DNA of 64,000 nt from an uncultured Spirochaetota bacterium (lineage in GTDB: Bacteria; Spirochaetota; Spirochaetia; SZUA-6; Fen-1364). Position 1 is the first letter of the stretch. Each line of letters opens with the position of its first letter. The DNA lies in the NCBI GenBank assembly GCA_963820525.1, contig CAWGAA010000003.1, forward strand, positions 96,001 to 160,000, given 5' to 3'. Under the pieces are notes generated by a model. It did no database searches. It was given only the letters and a program-made list of their open reading frames with translations, and was not told the DNA's origin. Below, piece by piece: positions 18,872-28,776 of the stretch. Position numbers and translations under genes: made by a program.

Positions 18872-20179
18872 ATGTACTGGCAGCAAGAGATCGAGACCCT
18901 CGATCGCGATGAGCTTGAAAAACTCCAGATCCAGGGGCTCGAGCGGACCCTGAAGCGGGCCGCGTGCTCGCCGTTCTATCGCGAGCGCCTTCCCCGTTCG
19001 GCCTCCCGGCGGATATCCTCCCTAGAAGAAGTCCAGGGCCTGCCCTTCACCACGAAGCAAGACCTCCGCGACCAGTTCCCCTACGGGCTTCTCGCCGTGC
19101 CCCTGGAGGAGGTCGTGCGGCTGCACTCCTCCTCCGGCACCACGGGCAACCCAACCGTGATCTACCACACGAAAGAGGATATCGAGTCCTGGCAGGACCT
19201 CATGGCCCGCTGCATCTATATGGCCGGGATGAGAAAGCACGACGTCTTTCAAAACATGATGGGCTACGGCCTTTTCACGGGAGGCATCGGCTTCCACTAC
19301 GGAGCGGAGAGGCTGGGCGCCCTCACCATCCCCATCGGCGCGGGAAACAGCAAGCGGCAGATCTGGTTCATGCAGTCCTTCAAGACGACGGCGGTCCACG
19401 TCCTTCCCAGCTACGCCTTGCGCCTCTCCACGCACCTCAAGGAGATGTCGATCGACCCCCGGAAGGATCTCAGCCTCCGCATGGCCTTCGTGGGGGCGGA
19501 GCCGCACACGGAGGAGACCCGCCGCAAGATAGAAGAGGTGTACGGAATCAAGGTCTACAACTCCTACGGCCTCTCCGAGATGTGCGGGCCGGGCGTTGCC
19601 TTTGAATGTCCCGAGCAGAGCGGGCTGCACCTCTGGGAAGATCACTTCTACATGGAGATCATAGACCCGGACACGGGCGCGGTCCTCCCTGAGGGGCAGT
19701 GGGGCGAGCTCGTCCTCACCTCGCTCAAGCGGGCCGCCACTCCCCTGATCCGATACAGGACGCGGGACCTCACCCGGATCATCCCGGGGCCGTGCCCCTG
19801 CGGAAGGACGCACAGGCGCATCGACAGGATCAAGGGAAGGTCCGACGACATGCTCATCATCAACGGCGTGAACGTTTTCCCCATGCAGATCGAGATGACC
19901 CTGATGCGCATGCCCGCAATCGGGGACAACTACCTCATCGAGATCCACGAAGAGAACTACATGGACAAGCTCCACGTGAGCGTGGAGCTGAAGGCGGATG
20001 CTTTCCAGGGCACCCTCTCCGAGGTCGAGAGCCTCAAGGCGCGCGTCACGGAGGAGCTGAAGAGCGAGCTGGGAGTTTCTCCCGTCGTGAAACTCCTGGA
20101 GGCGGGAAGCCTTCCCGCCTCCGAGGGAAAGGCCGTGCGCGTCGTTGACCTGCGAAAGCAATCGGGGAAGGGAGGCTGA
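18872..20179 (+). CDS. paaK: Phenylacetate--CoA ligase family protein 1
   Basis: [78 protein letters not shown]. Confidence 0.92.
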   Translation: MYWQQEIETLDRDELEKLQIQGLERTLKRAACSPFYRERLPRSASRRISSLEEVQGLPFTTKQDLRDQFPYGLLAVPLEEVVRLHSSSGTTGNPTVIYHTKEDIESWQDLMARCIYMAGMRKHDVFQNMMGYGLFTGGIGFHYGAERLGALTIPIGAGNSKRQIWFMQSFKTTAVHVLPSYALRLSTHLKEMSIDPRKDLSLRMAFVGAEPHTEETRRKIEEVYGIKVYNSYGLSEMCGPGVAFECPEQSGLHLWEDHFYMEIIDPDTGAVLPEGQWGELVLTSLKRAATPLIRYRTRDLTRIIPGPCPCGRTHRRIDRIKGRSDDMLIINGVNVFPMQIEMTLMRMPAIGDNYLIEIHEENYMDKLHVSVELKADAFQGTLSEVESLKARVTEELKSELGVSPVVKLLEAGSLPASEGKAVRVVDLRKQSGKGG

Positions 20180-20181
20180 AG

Positions 20182-20610
20182 ATGGCATTCCACCTTTCCG
20201 TCTTTGTCGCGAACGAGCCGGGAAAACTGGAGAAGATCACGCACGTGCTGGCGGACGCGGGCCTGAACATCCGCGCCGTCTCCGTGGCCAGCGCCGGCCA
20301 ATTCGGCGTGGTGCGGGTCCTCGTGAACGATCCCGACAAGGGAATGGAGGCCCTCAAGGAGCACAAGTTCACCGTCACCAAGAGGAGAATCCTCGTCGCG
20401 CTCATCGAAGACCGCCCCGGGGCCATGCACGATCTCCTGGTGACCCTGTCATCCAACAATGTGAACGTTGAGGACTGCTACGGCTTCGTGATCGAAGAGG
20501 GCAAGCGGGCCGCCATCGTCTTCGAGGTGGAGAAGTTCCCCGAAGCGGAGAAAGCTCTCAAGGCAACAAAGATCCATCTCATCTCCGATAGGGAGATATA
20601 CAGATTGTAG
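20182..20610 (+). CDS. Tandem ACT-domain protein 1
   Basis: HLSVFVANEPGKL...NIRAVSVA..GQFGVVRVLVNDP, then EDRPGAM...NVEDCY. This is the typical PaaK-associated ACT pair. Confidence 0.88.
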   Translation: MAFHLSVFVANEPGKLEKITHVLADAGLNIRAVSVASAGQFGVVRVLVNDPDKGMEALKEHKFTVTKRRILVALIEDRPGAMHDLLVTLSSNNVNVEDCYGFVIEEGKRAAIVFEVEKFPEAEKALKATKIHLISDREIYRL

Positions 20611-20646
20611 GCGCCGGCCGGCAGGGCGCACAAGCGGAGGAACGTC

Positions 20647-21943
20647 ATGATCTGGAACACCGATTTCGAGACCCTCGCGCGCGCAAGCATGGACAAGCTG
20701 CAGAGCGAGAGGCTCGGCAGGCTCGTCGACACCCTCTACAGGAGGGTTCCCTTCTATAAGAAGAAGATGGAAGAGAAGGGGGTGAAGCCCCACGACATCC
20801 AGTCGATCAAGGACATTGCGCGGCTTCCCTTCACAACCAAGGACGAGATGCGGGAGGTGTACCCCTACGGCCTTCTGGCCACCAACATGCACGAGATCGT
20901 GGAGATCCACACCTCTTCGGGCACGACGGGAAAGCCCGTGGTGGACGCATACACGACGGGCGACATCGACGTATGGTCCGAGGTGATGGCCCGCACGCTC
21001 ACCACCGGCGGCACCACCAGGCACGACATCGTGCAGAACGCCTACGGCTACGGGCTTTTCACCGGCGGACTGGGCGTGCACTACGGAGCTCGGCGCATCG
21101 GAGCCACCGTGATCCCCATTTCCGGGGGCAACACGAAGCGCCAGCTCGCCATCCTGCAGGACTTCAAGACAACCGTCCTCGCCTGCACGCCGTCTTACTC
21201 CCTGTTCCTGGCCGAGGGGGCGCGGGAGGAAGGGCTGGATCCCACGAAGCTGGGGATCAAGGCCGGCTTCTTCGGCGCGGAGCCCTGGAGCGAAACCATG
21301 CGCAAGGAGATCCAGGAAAAGCTCAACCTGCTCGCCATCGACATCTACGGGCTTACCGAGATCATCGGCCCGGGTGTGGCATCCGAGTGCGAGCAGCAGA
21401 ACGGGCTTCACATCTTCGAGGACCACTTCTATCCCGAGATCATCGATGCGAAGACGGGCCGCGTGCTTCCCGACGGAGAAAAGGGGGAGCGTCATCACGA
21501 CCCTCACCAAGGAAGGCACCCCCGTTCTTCGCTACAGGACGCGCGACATCACGTACATCGATCACTCCCCGTGCCCCTGCGGAAGAACATCCGTGCGCAT
21601 GCACCGGGTGCTGGGGCGCACCGACGACATGCTGATCATCCGCGGGGTGAACGTGTTCCCTTCCCAGATCGAGGAGGTGATCCTCGCCATCGAAGGAGTG
21701 GAGCCGCACTACCAGCTCATCGTGGAGCGCCGCGACCAGCTGGACGAGCTGGAGGTCCAGGTGGAGATGAACGAGAAGCTGTTCTCCGACGAGATCAAGA
21801 TACTGGAAAAGACGGAGAAGAAGATCGAGGCAGACCTGTACGCGACGCTTAGCATCCACACGCGCGTCAAGCTGGTGGAGCCCAAGAGCATCGCCCGAAG
21901 CGAAGGCAAGGCCAAGCGGATCATCGACAAGCGTCAGCTGTAG
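20647..21943 (+). CDS. paaK: Phenylacetate--CoA ligase family protein 2 (frameshift near 21490)
   Basis: [19 protein letters not shown] and GAEPWS are in ORF 20647. [32 protein letters not shown] are in ORF 21374. The junction GGG GAG C-- GTC lacks 2 nt of the expected GELV. Confidence 0.9.
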
Positions 21944-22019
21944 GCGCGACGCGGCGCCCCGCGGGCGCCCGCGGGGGGAGCCCTCGGGGCGTCCGCCCGA
22001 TACTGCAAGGAGGCATTCC

Positions 22020-22451
22020 ATGAGCGTGAAGCAGATTTCCGTGTTCCTGGAAAACAAGAAAGGCCGTCTGGCCGAGGTGACCCGCGTCCTCTCGCGGGAG
22101 AAGATCAACATCCGGGCCCTCTCCCTGGCGGACACGGCTGATTTCGGAGTGCTTCGGATCATCGTCAACAATCCCGAGCGCTGCCTCTCGGTTCTGAAGT
22201 CGGGCGGCTTCGTCGCCCAGGTTACCGAAGTGGTCGCCGTCGAGGTTCAGGACAAGCCGGGGGGACTCTCCCGGATCCTCGAGGTCCTCGACGCGGAGAA
22301 CGTCAATGTCGAGTATATGTACGCGTACGTCGAGAAGACCAAGGACAATGCCATCGTGATCTGCAAGATCGACGACAGGGAACGGGCGCTCACCGTGCTT
22401 GCGAAAAACGATATTCCCACGGTGAACGGAGAGGTCCTCAAGACCTTGTAG
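22020..22451 (+). CDS. Tandem ACT-domain protein 2
   Basis: KQISVFLENKKGRLAEVT..INIRALSLADTADFGVLRIIV, DKPGGL..NVEYMYA. AAGGAGG RBS. Confidence 0.92.
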   Translation: MSVKQISVFLENKKGRLAEVTRVLSREKINIRALSLADTADFGVLRIIVNNPERCLSVLKSGGFVAQVTEVVAVEVQDKPGGLSRILEVLDAENVNVEYMYAYVEKTKDNAIVICKIDDRERALTVLAKNDIPTVNGEVLKTL

Positions 22452-22614
22452 CCCGCGGAGACGGCCCCAGGGCGCGCGCGCAGGCCATCCCCGCCCTGCT
22501 CTCTCTTTTTCATTGCCTTCAGGCGAACGTCTTCGCTATATTGCATGAAAGCCCGACTCAAGACGGCATTGGACGCGCGTTCAACGGTTCGATCGGGCGC
22601 GAAAGGAGAAGGCT

Positions 22615-23394
22615 ATGAAAAACAGAGCCGTTCTCTGGGGCGTCATCAACTGGGCGCTCCTGGCCGGGGTTCTCGTTGTGAACACCCTCTCCGTGGTCCT
22701 TCCGCTGAACGGTAGGACTCCGGGGGAGATCGCGGACAGCTTCCGGGTTCTCTTCGAGCCCGCGGGGTACGTGTTCTCCATCTGGAGCCTGATCTACATC
22801 GGGCTTGTCGCGTTCGCCGTGTTCCAGCTGCTCCCCTCCCAGCGGGACAACCCGCGGGTTCGAGCCACTGACGGCTGGTTCGCCCTCAGCTGCCTGGCCA
22901 ACATCGGGTGGATCTTCTCCTGGCACTACGGGCGGTACCCGTTGAGCATGGCCGCGATGCTCGTCCTCCTGGCGTCGCTTATCGCGATCTACCTCTCGCA
23001 GCGCTCGCCGCGAAGCGCCGCAGCGTCGCTCACCCTGGGCACGCGGATTCTGGCACGCGCCCCTTTCAGCCTGTACCTGGGATGGATCAGCGTCGCAACT
23101 ATCGCCAATGCGGCAGCCGTCCTCTCGTGGGCCGGTTTCTCGGGATTCGGCGTCTCCCCCGTCGCATGGACAGTGATCGTCTCCTGCTTGGCGGCCGTGC
23201 TCTCCGCGGCGATGTCGATCAGGAACCGCGAAATCATATTCCCCGCCGTGGTCGTGTGGGCATTGATAGGAGAAATCGTCAGGCAGGCAGCCGTCCCCGC
23301 CATCGTGTGGGGCTGCATTGCCGCCATTTCCGTGGCTGCCGTTGCCGCGGTTGACGGCATCCTCGTAAGGCCGGCGCCGAAAACCGCCCGCTGA
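22615..23394 (+). CDS. TspO/MBR-like tryptophan-rich membrane protein
   Basis: LPLNGRTPGEIAD..LFEPAGYVFSIWSLIY, NIGWIFSWHY, PFSLYLGWISVATIAN. Multiple TM helices. Confidence 0.8.
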   Translation: MKNRAVLWGVINWALLAGVLVVNTLSVVLPLNGRTPGEIADSFRVLFEPAGYVFSIWSLIYIGLVAFAVFQLLPSQRDNPRVRATDGWFALSCLANIGWIFSWHYGRYPLSMAAMLVLLASLIAIYLSQRSPRSAAASLTLGTRILARAPFSLYLGWISVATIANAAAVLSWAGFSGFGVSPVAWTVIVSCLAAVLSAAMSIRNREIIFPAVVVWALIGEIVRQAAVPAIVWGCIAAISVAAVAAVDGILVRPAPKTAR

Positions 23395-23523
23395 AAGGCC
23401 TCGCGCCCGCGGCTGTCGGAGCGCTCAGGAGGCCCGCGCCTCATCCCGCTCGCAGAGAGAACGCACGTGACGGCCGCAGGCCCTTGCCTCGGCGAGAGAC
23501 TCTCTGCGATAATCCCGCCGGTC

Positions 23524-24513
23524 ATGCCGCAGGAGCCGCTCTCCATTGGGAGTCTCTTTTCCGGTGGCGTCATCGTCACCTACCGCTGCACTTCGCGCTG
23601 CCGCCACTGCCTCTATGCCAGCTCCCCCCGCAGGGAGAACCGCTATATCAGCCGCGAAACGGCGGCCGCGGCGTTTCGCATCATCAGGAGGATGGGCTGC
23701 GATTCGGTTCACATCGGAGGCGGCGAGCCCTTTCTGGACACGGAAGGGCTTTTCGGTCTCCTGGAGGCGGCCCGGGATTCGGGAGTGGGTATCGAGTATA
23801 TAGAGACCAACTCCTCATGGTTCCACGGCGAGGCATCCGCAGCGGCCATGCTGAAGAGCCTGTCGGCCCTGGGAGCGCGCACGCTCCTGGTGTCGATCAG
23901 TCCCTTTCACAACGAGTACGTGCCGTTCAACAGGGTCCGGGGAGTCATCGCCGCATGCCGGCGCGCGGGAGTCTCCGTATTCCCCTGGGTGGATGGATTC
24001 ATCGAGGACCTCTCGCGGATGGACGGCGATTCGATCCATGCGCTGGAGGAGTACCTCGAACGATTCGGCCCCGACTATGTCCAGAATCTCCCCTCCCGCT
24101 ACTGGATAAGCTGGGGGGGCCGGGCGGTATCCACCTTTCAGGGGCTTTTTCCCGCCGTGCCCCTCGATGAGCTCGGCGCCGCGCGCCGGGGATGCTCCGA
24201 GCTTTCCGACACCTCGCACTTCCACATCGATCTCGATGGAAACTACGTCCCCGGGCTCTGCAGCGGCCTCGCCATCGATATGAAAGACCTCGCCTCCCCC
24301 CTCGATGCCGCTCGCTATCCCCTCATCACGATTCTCCACAACGACGGCCCGGCCGCGCTCGCCGAGCACGCTCGAAAAACGCAGGGTTTCAATCCGAAAG
24401 GCGAATACATGAACAAGTGCCACCTCTGCCTCGATGTGCGAAGGTTCCTGGTAACCGAGAGGGGGCTTCGAACTCCCGAGCTGACACCCGGAGAGTTCTA
24501 TGGAAACCTTTAG
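23524..24513 (+). CDS. Radical SAM protein of unknown function
   Basis: TYRCTSRCRHC (CxxxCxxC), HIGGGEPF, IETNSSW, SISPFH. Extra C-terminal Cys (GLCSG, KCHLC). Confidence 0.85.
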   Translation: MPQEPLSIGSLFSGGVIVTYRCTSRCRHCLYASSPRRENRYISRETAAAAFRIIRRMGCDSVHIGGGEPFLDTEGLFGLLEAARDSGVGIEYIETNSSWFHGEASAAAMLKSLSALGARTLLVSISPFHNEYVPFNRVRGVIAACRRAGVSVFPWVDGFIEDLSRMDGDSIHALEEYLERFGPDYVQNLPSRYWISWGGRAVSTFQGLFPAVPLDELGAARRGCSELSDTSHFHIDLDGNYVPGLCSGLAIDMKDLASPLDAARYPLITILHNDGPAALAEHARKTQGFNPKGEYMNKCHLCLDVRRFLVTERGLRTPELTPGEFYGNL

Positions 24514-24590
24514 CGGGCGGCCGGCAGACAAACACGTGTTCGGCGCCACGGCCGAGGAATAGGAGAATACTCGGGCGGCTGCTCTTGAAC

Positions 24591-24626
24591 GGGGCGGCTT
24601 TCATGGCGAAGTCGCCCCATTTTTTT
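24591..24626 (+). terminator. Rho-independent terminator after the radical SAM gene
   Basis: GGGGCGGCTT-N8-AAGTCGCCCC followed by ATTTTTTT. Confidence 0.75.
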
Positions 24627-24648
24627 CTCGGCGCACATCCTCGCGTTC

Positions 24649-24689
24649 TTATCTTGACAGTTTTGATAAAGTTTGCTTTTCTGTATAAT
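24649..24689 (+). promoter_or_regulatory. AT-rich promoter of the liv-type operon
   Basis: Contains TTGACA (24654), TTGATA (24663) and TATAAT (24684), with an inverted pair TTATC-N11-GATAA. Neither -35 has canonical spacing. Confidence 0.5.
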
Positions 24690-24727
24690 TATTCATTTCT
24701 GTCTTTATAAAGAAGGAGGAACCTGAA

Positions 24728-25873
24728 ATGAAGAAGATCCTTTTCGGGGCATTCTGTCTTTTGGCGGCCCTCGGTGCCGTCCTGCCCCTTGCCGCGGCTG
24801 ACACGATAAAGATCGGTGCCATCCTCGCCGTGACCGGACCAGCGGCCAACCTCGGATCTCCCGAGGCGAAAACCCTGCAGATGCTCGTCGACGACACCAA
24901 CAAAGCGGGCGGGATCCTGGGCAGGCAGATCGAATTGATCCTCAAGGATTCCGGGGGGAGCCCGGACAAGGCGATCTCTTTCGCCAAGCAGCTAATCGAG
25001 GAGGACCAGGTCCTCGCGATCATCGGGCCTTCGACCAGCGGCGAATCGATGAAGATCAAGAGCCTCTGCGAAGACAACGAGACCATCCTCGTCTCCTGCG
25101 CCGCGGCGGAGACCATCGTCAACCCGGTGGCCAAGTGGGTGTTCAAGACCCCCCAGATGGACAGCTTTGCGGCGACGGCAATCTTCAACACCATGAAGAA
25201 GCTGGGGATCTCCACCATCGGCGTCGTGGTGAGCAACACCGGTTTCGGCCAGGGAGGAAAGGCGCAGCTGGAGAAGCTGGCTCCCGCGGCGGGAATAACG
25301 ATCCTCGCCACGGAGGTGTACGACCAGAATGCCACCGACCTCTCCGGCGTCCTGGCCAAGATCAAGGCCCAGAAGCCGCAGGCGGTTGTCAACTGGTCCA
25401 TCGAGCCGGCCCAGAGTCTGGTGCCCAAGAACATGAAACAGATCGGCATGAACGTTCCCCTCTTCCAGAGCCATGGGTTCGGCAACATCAAGTACGTCGA
25501 AGCTGCGGGCAGGGCTGCGGACGGGATCATCTTCCCCTGCGGCAGGCTTCTCGTCTCCGACGTTCTCCCGGCCGATCATCCCCAGAAACAGCTCCTGGTC
25601 AACTACAAGAAGGAGTACGAGTCGAAGTTCGCCGAGGACGTGAGCACCTTCGGCGGCCACGCGTACGATGCGTACCTGCTCATTACCGAGGCCGTGAAGA
25701 AGACAGGGTCCACGGACAAGTTCAAGGTCCGCGACGCGATCGAGAACACAAAGGGGCTCGTGGGGACCGCGGGAATCTTCAACTTCTCTCCCACGGACCA
25801 CAACGGCCTCACCATGGACGCCTTCGCGATGCTTACCGTGAAGGGCGGAAAGTTCGTCCTGTACACGAAGTAG
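24728..25873 (+). CDS. livK: Liv-type (HAAT) ABC transporter substrate-binding protein
   Basis: Signal peptide, IKIGAILAVTGPAA.LG.PE, GGILGRQIELILKD, IIGPSTSG, FQSHG, FGGHAYDA. Confidence 0.9.
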   Translation: MKKILFGAFCLLAALGAVLPLAAADTIKIGAILAVTGPAANLGSPEAKTLQMLVDDTNKAGGILGRQIELILKDSGGSPDKAISFAKQLIEEDQVLAIIGPSTSGESMKIKSLCEDNETILVSCAAAETIVNPVAKWVFKTPQMDSFAATAIFNTMKKLGISTIGVVVSNTGFGQGGKAQLEKLAPAAGITILATEVYDQNATDLSGVLAKIKAQKPQAVVNWSIEPAQSLVPKNMKQIGMNVPLFQSHGFGNIKYVEAAGRAADGIIFPCGRLLVSDVLPADHPQKQLLVNYKKEYESKFAEDVSTFGGHAYDAYLLITEAVKKTGSTDKFKVRDAIENTKGLVGTAGIFNFSPTDHNGLTMDAFAMLTVKGGKFVLYTK

Positions 25874-25888
25874 GACCGAGCCGGGGGC

Positions 25889-26908
25889 ATGAGCGGCGGC
25901 GAGATTGTTCAATACCTGCTGTCGGGGATCACGACGGGAAGCATCTACGCGATCATCGGCATCGGGTTCAACATCATCTACAACACGACGGGGATCATCA
26001 ACTTCGCCCAGGGCGAGTTCCTGATGCTCGGGGGGATGATCGCCATATCCCTGGCGAAGATCGTCCCCCTGCCCCTCGCAATCGCCGCCGCCGTGCTCGC
26101 GACCGGCCTCATCGGCGTGGCCATCCAGGTGGTCTTCCTTCGCTGGCTGAAGGACCCGGACGTGCTTCGCATGATCATCATCACGATCGGCCTCTCCATC
26201 CTCGTGCGTGAGGCCGCCCTGCACGTGTGGGACGAAAAGGTCCGCGCCCTGCCCTTTTTCACGGGTGACGAGACATCCTCCGTCGCGGTGCTGGGCGCCC
26301 GCATCTCTCCCCAGATATTCTGGATTCTCGGGGTCTCGCTCCTGCTCGTGCTTGGCCTTTCTCTTTTCTTCCGCTACAGCCTCCTGGGGCGCGCCATGCG
26401 GGCATGCGCCTCGAATGCCGTAGCGGCGCGCCTCTGCGGAATCAAGACCAGGTCCATGATCACGCTGTCCTTCTTTCTGGCGGCATCCATCGGAGCGTTG
26501 GCGGGATGCGTCGTCTCTCCCGTGACCCAGACCCAGTATGACATGGGTACCTCCCTCGCGGTGAAGGGCTTCACCTGCGCCGTGCTTGGCGGCCTGGGAA
26601 ACAGCACGGCGTCCGTCGTGGCGGGCCTGCTCATCGGCATTTTGGAATCGGCAAGCATCAGCGTTCTGCCCCTCGCCTTCAAGGACGTCGTTGCTCTGAG
26701 CATCCTCCTGGCAATCCTTTTCCTGAGGCCCCAGGGCCTCTTCGCCCTGAAGAAAAAAGGCCTCCTTGGCGGGCGCTCTGACATCCATGTCCGCGACCGC
26801 CTCGAGCCGACCCTGGCCAAGGGCGGGGGCTCGGACATGCGTGGGCGCCCGCTTGCGGGAGTGTCCACGCTGTTGGCCAGGCTCCTGCCGCCGCGGTGGC
26901 GGTCTTAG
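25889..26908 (+). CDS. livH: Liv-type ABC permease with an atypical C-terminal extension of about 50 aa
   Basis: GSIYAIIGIGFNIIY..TGIINFAQGEF, LGRAMRACASN..AARLCGI, KGFTCAVLGGLG, RPQGLF. The tail after LKKKG is not family-like. Confidence 0.9.
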   Translation: MSGGEIVQYLLSGITTGSIYAIIGIGFNIIYNTTGIINFAQGEFLMLGGMIAISLAKIVPLPLAIAAAVLATGLIGVAIQVVFLRWLKDPDVLRMIIITIGLSILVREAALHVWDEKVRALPFFTGDETSSVAVLGARISPQIFWILGVSLLLVLGLSLFFRYSLLGRAMRACASNAVAARLCGIKTRSMITLSFFLAASIGALAGCVVSPVTQTQYDMGTSLAVKGFTCAVLGGLGNSTASVVAGLLIGILESASISVLPLAFKDVVALSILLAILFLRPQGLFALKKKGLLGGRSDIHVRDRLEPTLAKGGGSDMRGRPLAGVSTLLARLLPPRWRS

Positions 26909-26920
26909 GGGAGCACACCG

Positions 26921-28006
26921 ATGCGCGGAACCTTCACGCGATACCTGCCCGTCCTCGCCCTCGCCGCCGCAAGCGTTCTCGTTCAGCTCGTGCTTTCCGC
27001 CCTCAAGCTCGAGTACTGGCTCACCCAGCTCACCATGGCGGCATACACGACGCTCGCGGCCCTGGGCCTGAGCCTCCTCATGGGCTATGCGGGCCAGGTA
27101 TCGATGGGGCATGCGGGGTTCGTGGCCATCGGCGGCTACTCTTCCGCGGTCCTCACGACGCTGAACATCCTTCCCATGGCCGCAAGCCCGCTTGTCGCCT
27201 TCCTCCTCAAGGTTGGATTGGCCGCCTCCGGCGCCGACATCTACGGCGCGCCGGTGATGCGCGTGAGCCCATGGCTCGCGTTCGCGGCGGCGGTCGTCAT
27301 TGCCGCGATTGTAGCCCTGACGATCGGCGTGCCCGTGCTCCGCCTTCACGGCCACTACCTCGCCATGGCAACCCTCGGCTTCGGCTTCATCGTCTCTCGC
27401 GTCCTGCTGGGCACGAGAATCCTCGGAGAGGCGGATGGGATCTCCGATATTCCCGCCTTTTCGCTGTTCGCCGGTCTTGTGGTCACGGGCAAGAGGGCGC
27501 TGCGCGTCCAGAACTACTACATCGCCTGGGCCCTCGTGGCCGTCGGGGTCCTCCTCGTGGTGAACCTCATCAACTCGCGGGCCGGCCGGGCGCTGCGCGC
27601 GGTGCACGGCAACGAGGAGGCCGCCGCGGCGGTCGGGGTGGACGTGGCGCGCTTCAAGCTGGCCGCCTTCGTCATGAGCGCCATCTACGCCGCCGTGGCC
27701 GGAGCATGCCTGGCCCATTTCAACGGGGGGATCGGTCCCGCGGAGGCGGGGATCATGAAGTCGGTGCGCTACGTTGCCCTCGTGGCGGCGGGCGGCATGG
27801 GAAACGTCTGGGGCACCCTGGCCGTCTCGGCGCTCCTCACCTTCCTTTCCCTGCGCGGCGTGTTCGGGCTCTACGACGATGCCTTCTTCGGAGCGGTGCT
27901 CGTGGCGGTGATGCTCTTCGCCCCGCAGGGGATGTTCCGGATCTTCGGGGCCCTCAAGGGGTCGATCGCAGTGGTGACGAGATGGAAGACGCGCGCCGGC
28001 CGCTGA
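26921..28006 (+). CDS. livM: Liv-type ABC permease
   Basis: LSLLMGYAGQVSMGHAGF, LRLHGHYLAMATLGF, SRAGRALRAVHGNE.AA, FAPQG. Confidence 0.9.
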   Translation: MRGTFTRYLPVLALAAASVLVQLVLSALKLEYWLTQLTMAAYTTLAALGLSLLMGYAGQVSMGHAGFVAIGGYSSAVLTTLNILPMAASPLVAFLLKVGLAASGADIYGAPVMRVSPWLAFAAAVVIAAIVALTIGVPVLRLHGHYLAMATLGFGFIVSRVLLGTRILGEADGISDIPAFSLFAGLVVTGKRALRVQNYYIAWALVAVGVLLVVNLINSRAGRALRAVHGNEEAAAAVGVDVARFKLAAFVMSAIYAAVAGACLAHFNGGIGPAEAGIMKSVRYVALVAAGGMGNVWGTLAVSALLTFLSLRGVFGLYDDAFFGAVLVAVMLFAPQGMFRIFGALKGSIAVVTRWKTRAGR

Positions 28007-28776
28007 CGCAAGAGCCGATCCTCGAGATCGCCGACCTGCATCACTGGTTCGGCGGCCTGCACGTGATCGACGGCGTGAGCCTCTCCTGCCGCGCGGGGAT
28101 CGTGAAGGCGATCATCGGACCCAATGGAGCGGGAAAGACCACCCTCTTCAACCTCATCTCCGGAAGCCTCACCCCCCTGTCGGGAAGCATCAGGTTCCTC
28201 GGCGAGGAGCTGGCCGGCTTCAAGCCCCATCGGATCGCCCAGCGCGGCATCGCGCGAACCTTCCAGGCAAGCCACCTGTTTCCGGGGATGACGGTGCTGG
28301 AGAACGTGATGACGGGCAGGCACGTGAAAAGCCGCGCCGGGTTTCTCTCCGGGATGCTCGCCCTGCCGCACGCCCTGCGGGAGGAGCGCAGGATACGGGA
28401 GGATTCAATGGAGATCCTCCAGGAGCTGGGCATCGCGGGGCTCGCCCGCAAGGAAGGCGGGAGTCTCCCGTTCGGCCAGCAGCGGATCGTGGAAATAGCC
28501 CGCGCCCTTGCGGCGCGCCCGCGGCTGCTTCTCCTGGACGAGCCGGCCTGCGGCCTCACCATGAACGAGACGGAAGCGCTGGGCGGGCTCATTTCCCGCA
28601 TCAAGGAAGCGGGCACCACCGTTATAATCGTGGAGCACGACATGGCTCTGGTGATGGGCATCTCCGACGAGGTCGTGGCGCTCAGCTATGGCCGAAAGAT
28701 CGCCGAAGGCACTCCGCGGGAAGTGCAGGCGAACCCCGAAGTGGTCGCCGTTTACCTGGGGGCCGCGGATGCTTAG
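27982..28776 (+). CDS. livG: Liv-type ABC ATP-binding protein
   Basis: FGGL..IDGVS, IIGPNGAGKTT, GIARTFQ, LPFGQQRIVEIARALA, LLLLDEPA, VEHDM, P.V..VYLG. True start inferred at ATG 27982. Confidence 0.92.
   Translation: MEDARRPLTQEPILEIADLHHWFGGLHVIDGVSLSCRAGIVKAIIGPNGAGKTTLFNLISGSLTPLSGSIRFLGEELAGFKPHRIAQRGIARTFQASHLFPGMTVLENVMTGRHVKSRAGFLSGMLALPHALREERRIREDSMEILQELGIAGLARKEGGSLPFGQQRIVEIARALAARPRLLLLDEPACGLTMNETEALGGLISRIKEAGTTVIIVEHDMALVMGISDEVVALSYGRKIAEGTPREVQANPEVVAVYLGAADA

Noticed and set aside
24992..27718. 908-aa minus-strand ORF, and similar long ORFs at 33935-35731, 54068-55411, 50630-52114 and 41376-42923
   Set aside because: These are antisense shadows of well-supported genes, caused by GC3-rich codon usage. 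Only the first 35 or so residues of ORF 41376-42923 are real, being the frameshifted permease C-terminus.
26896..28776. 626-aa ABC ATPase with a long N-terminal domain
   Set aside because: The N-terminal part is an off-frame reading of livM. LivG starts near 27982.
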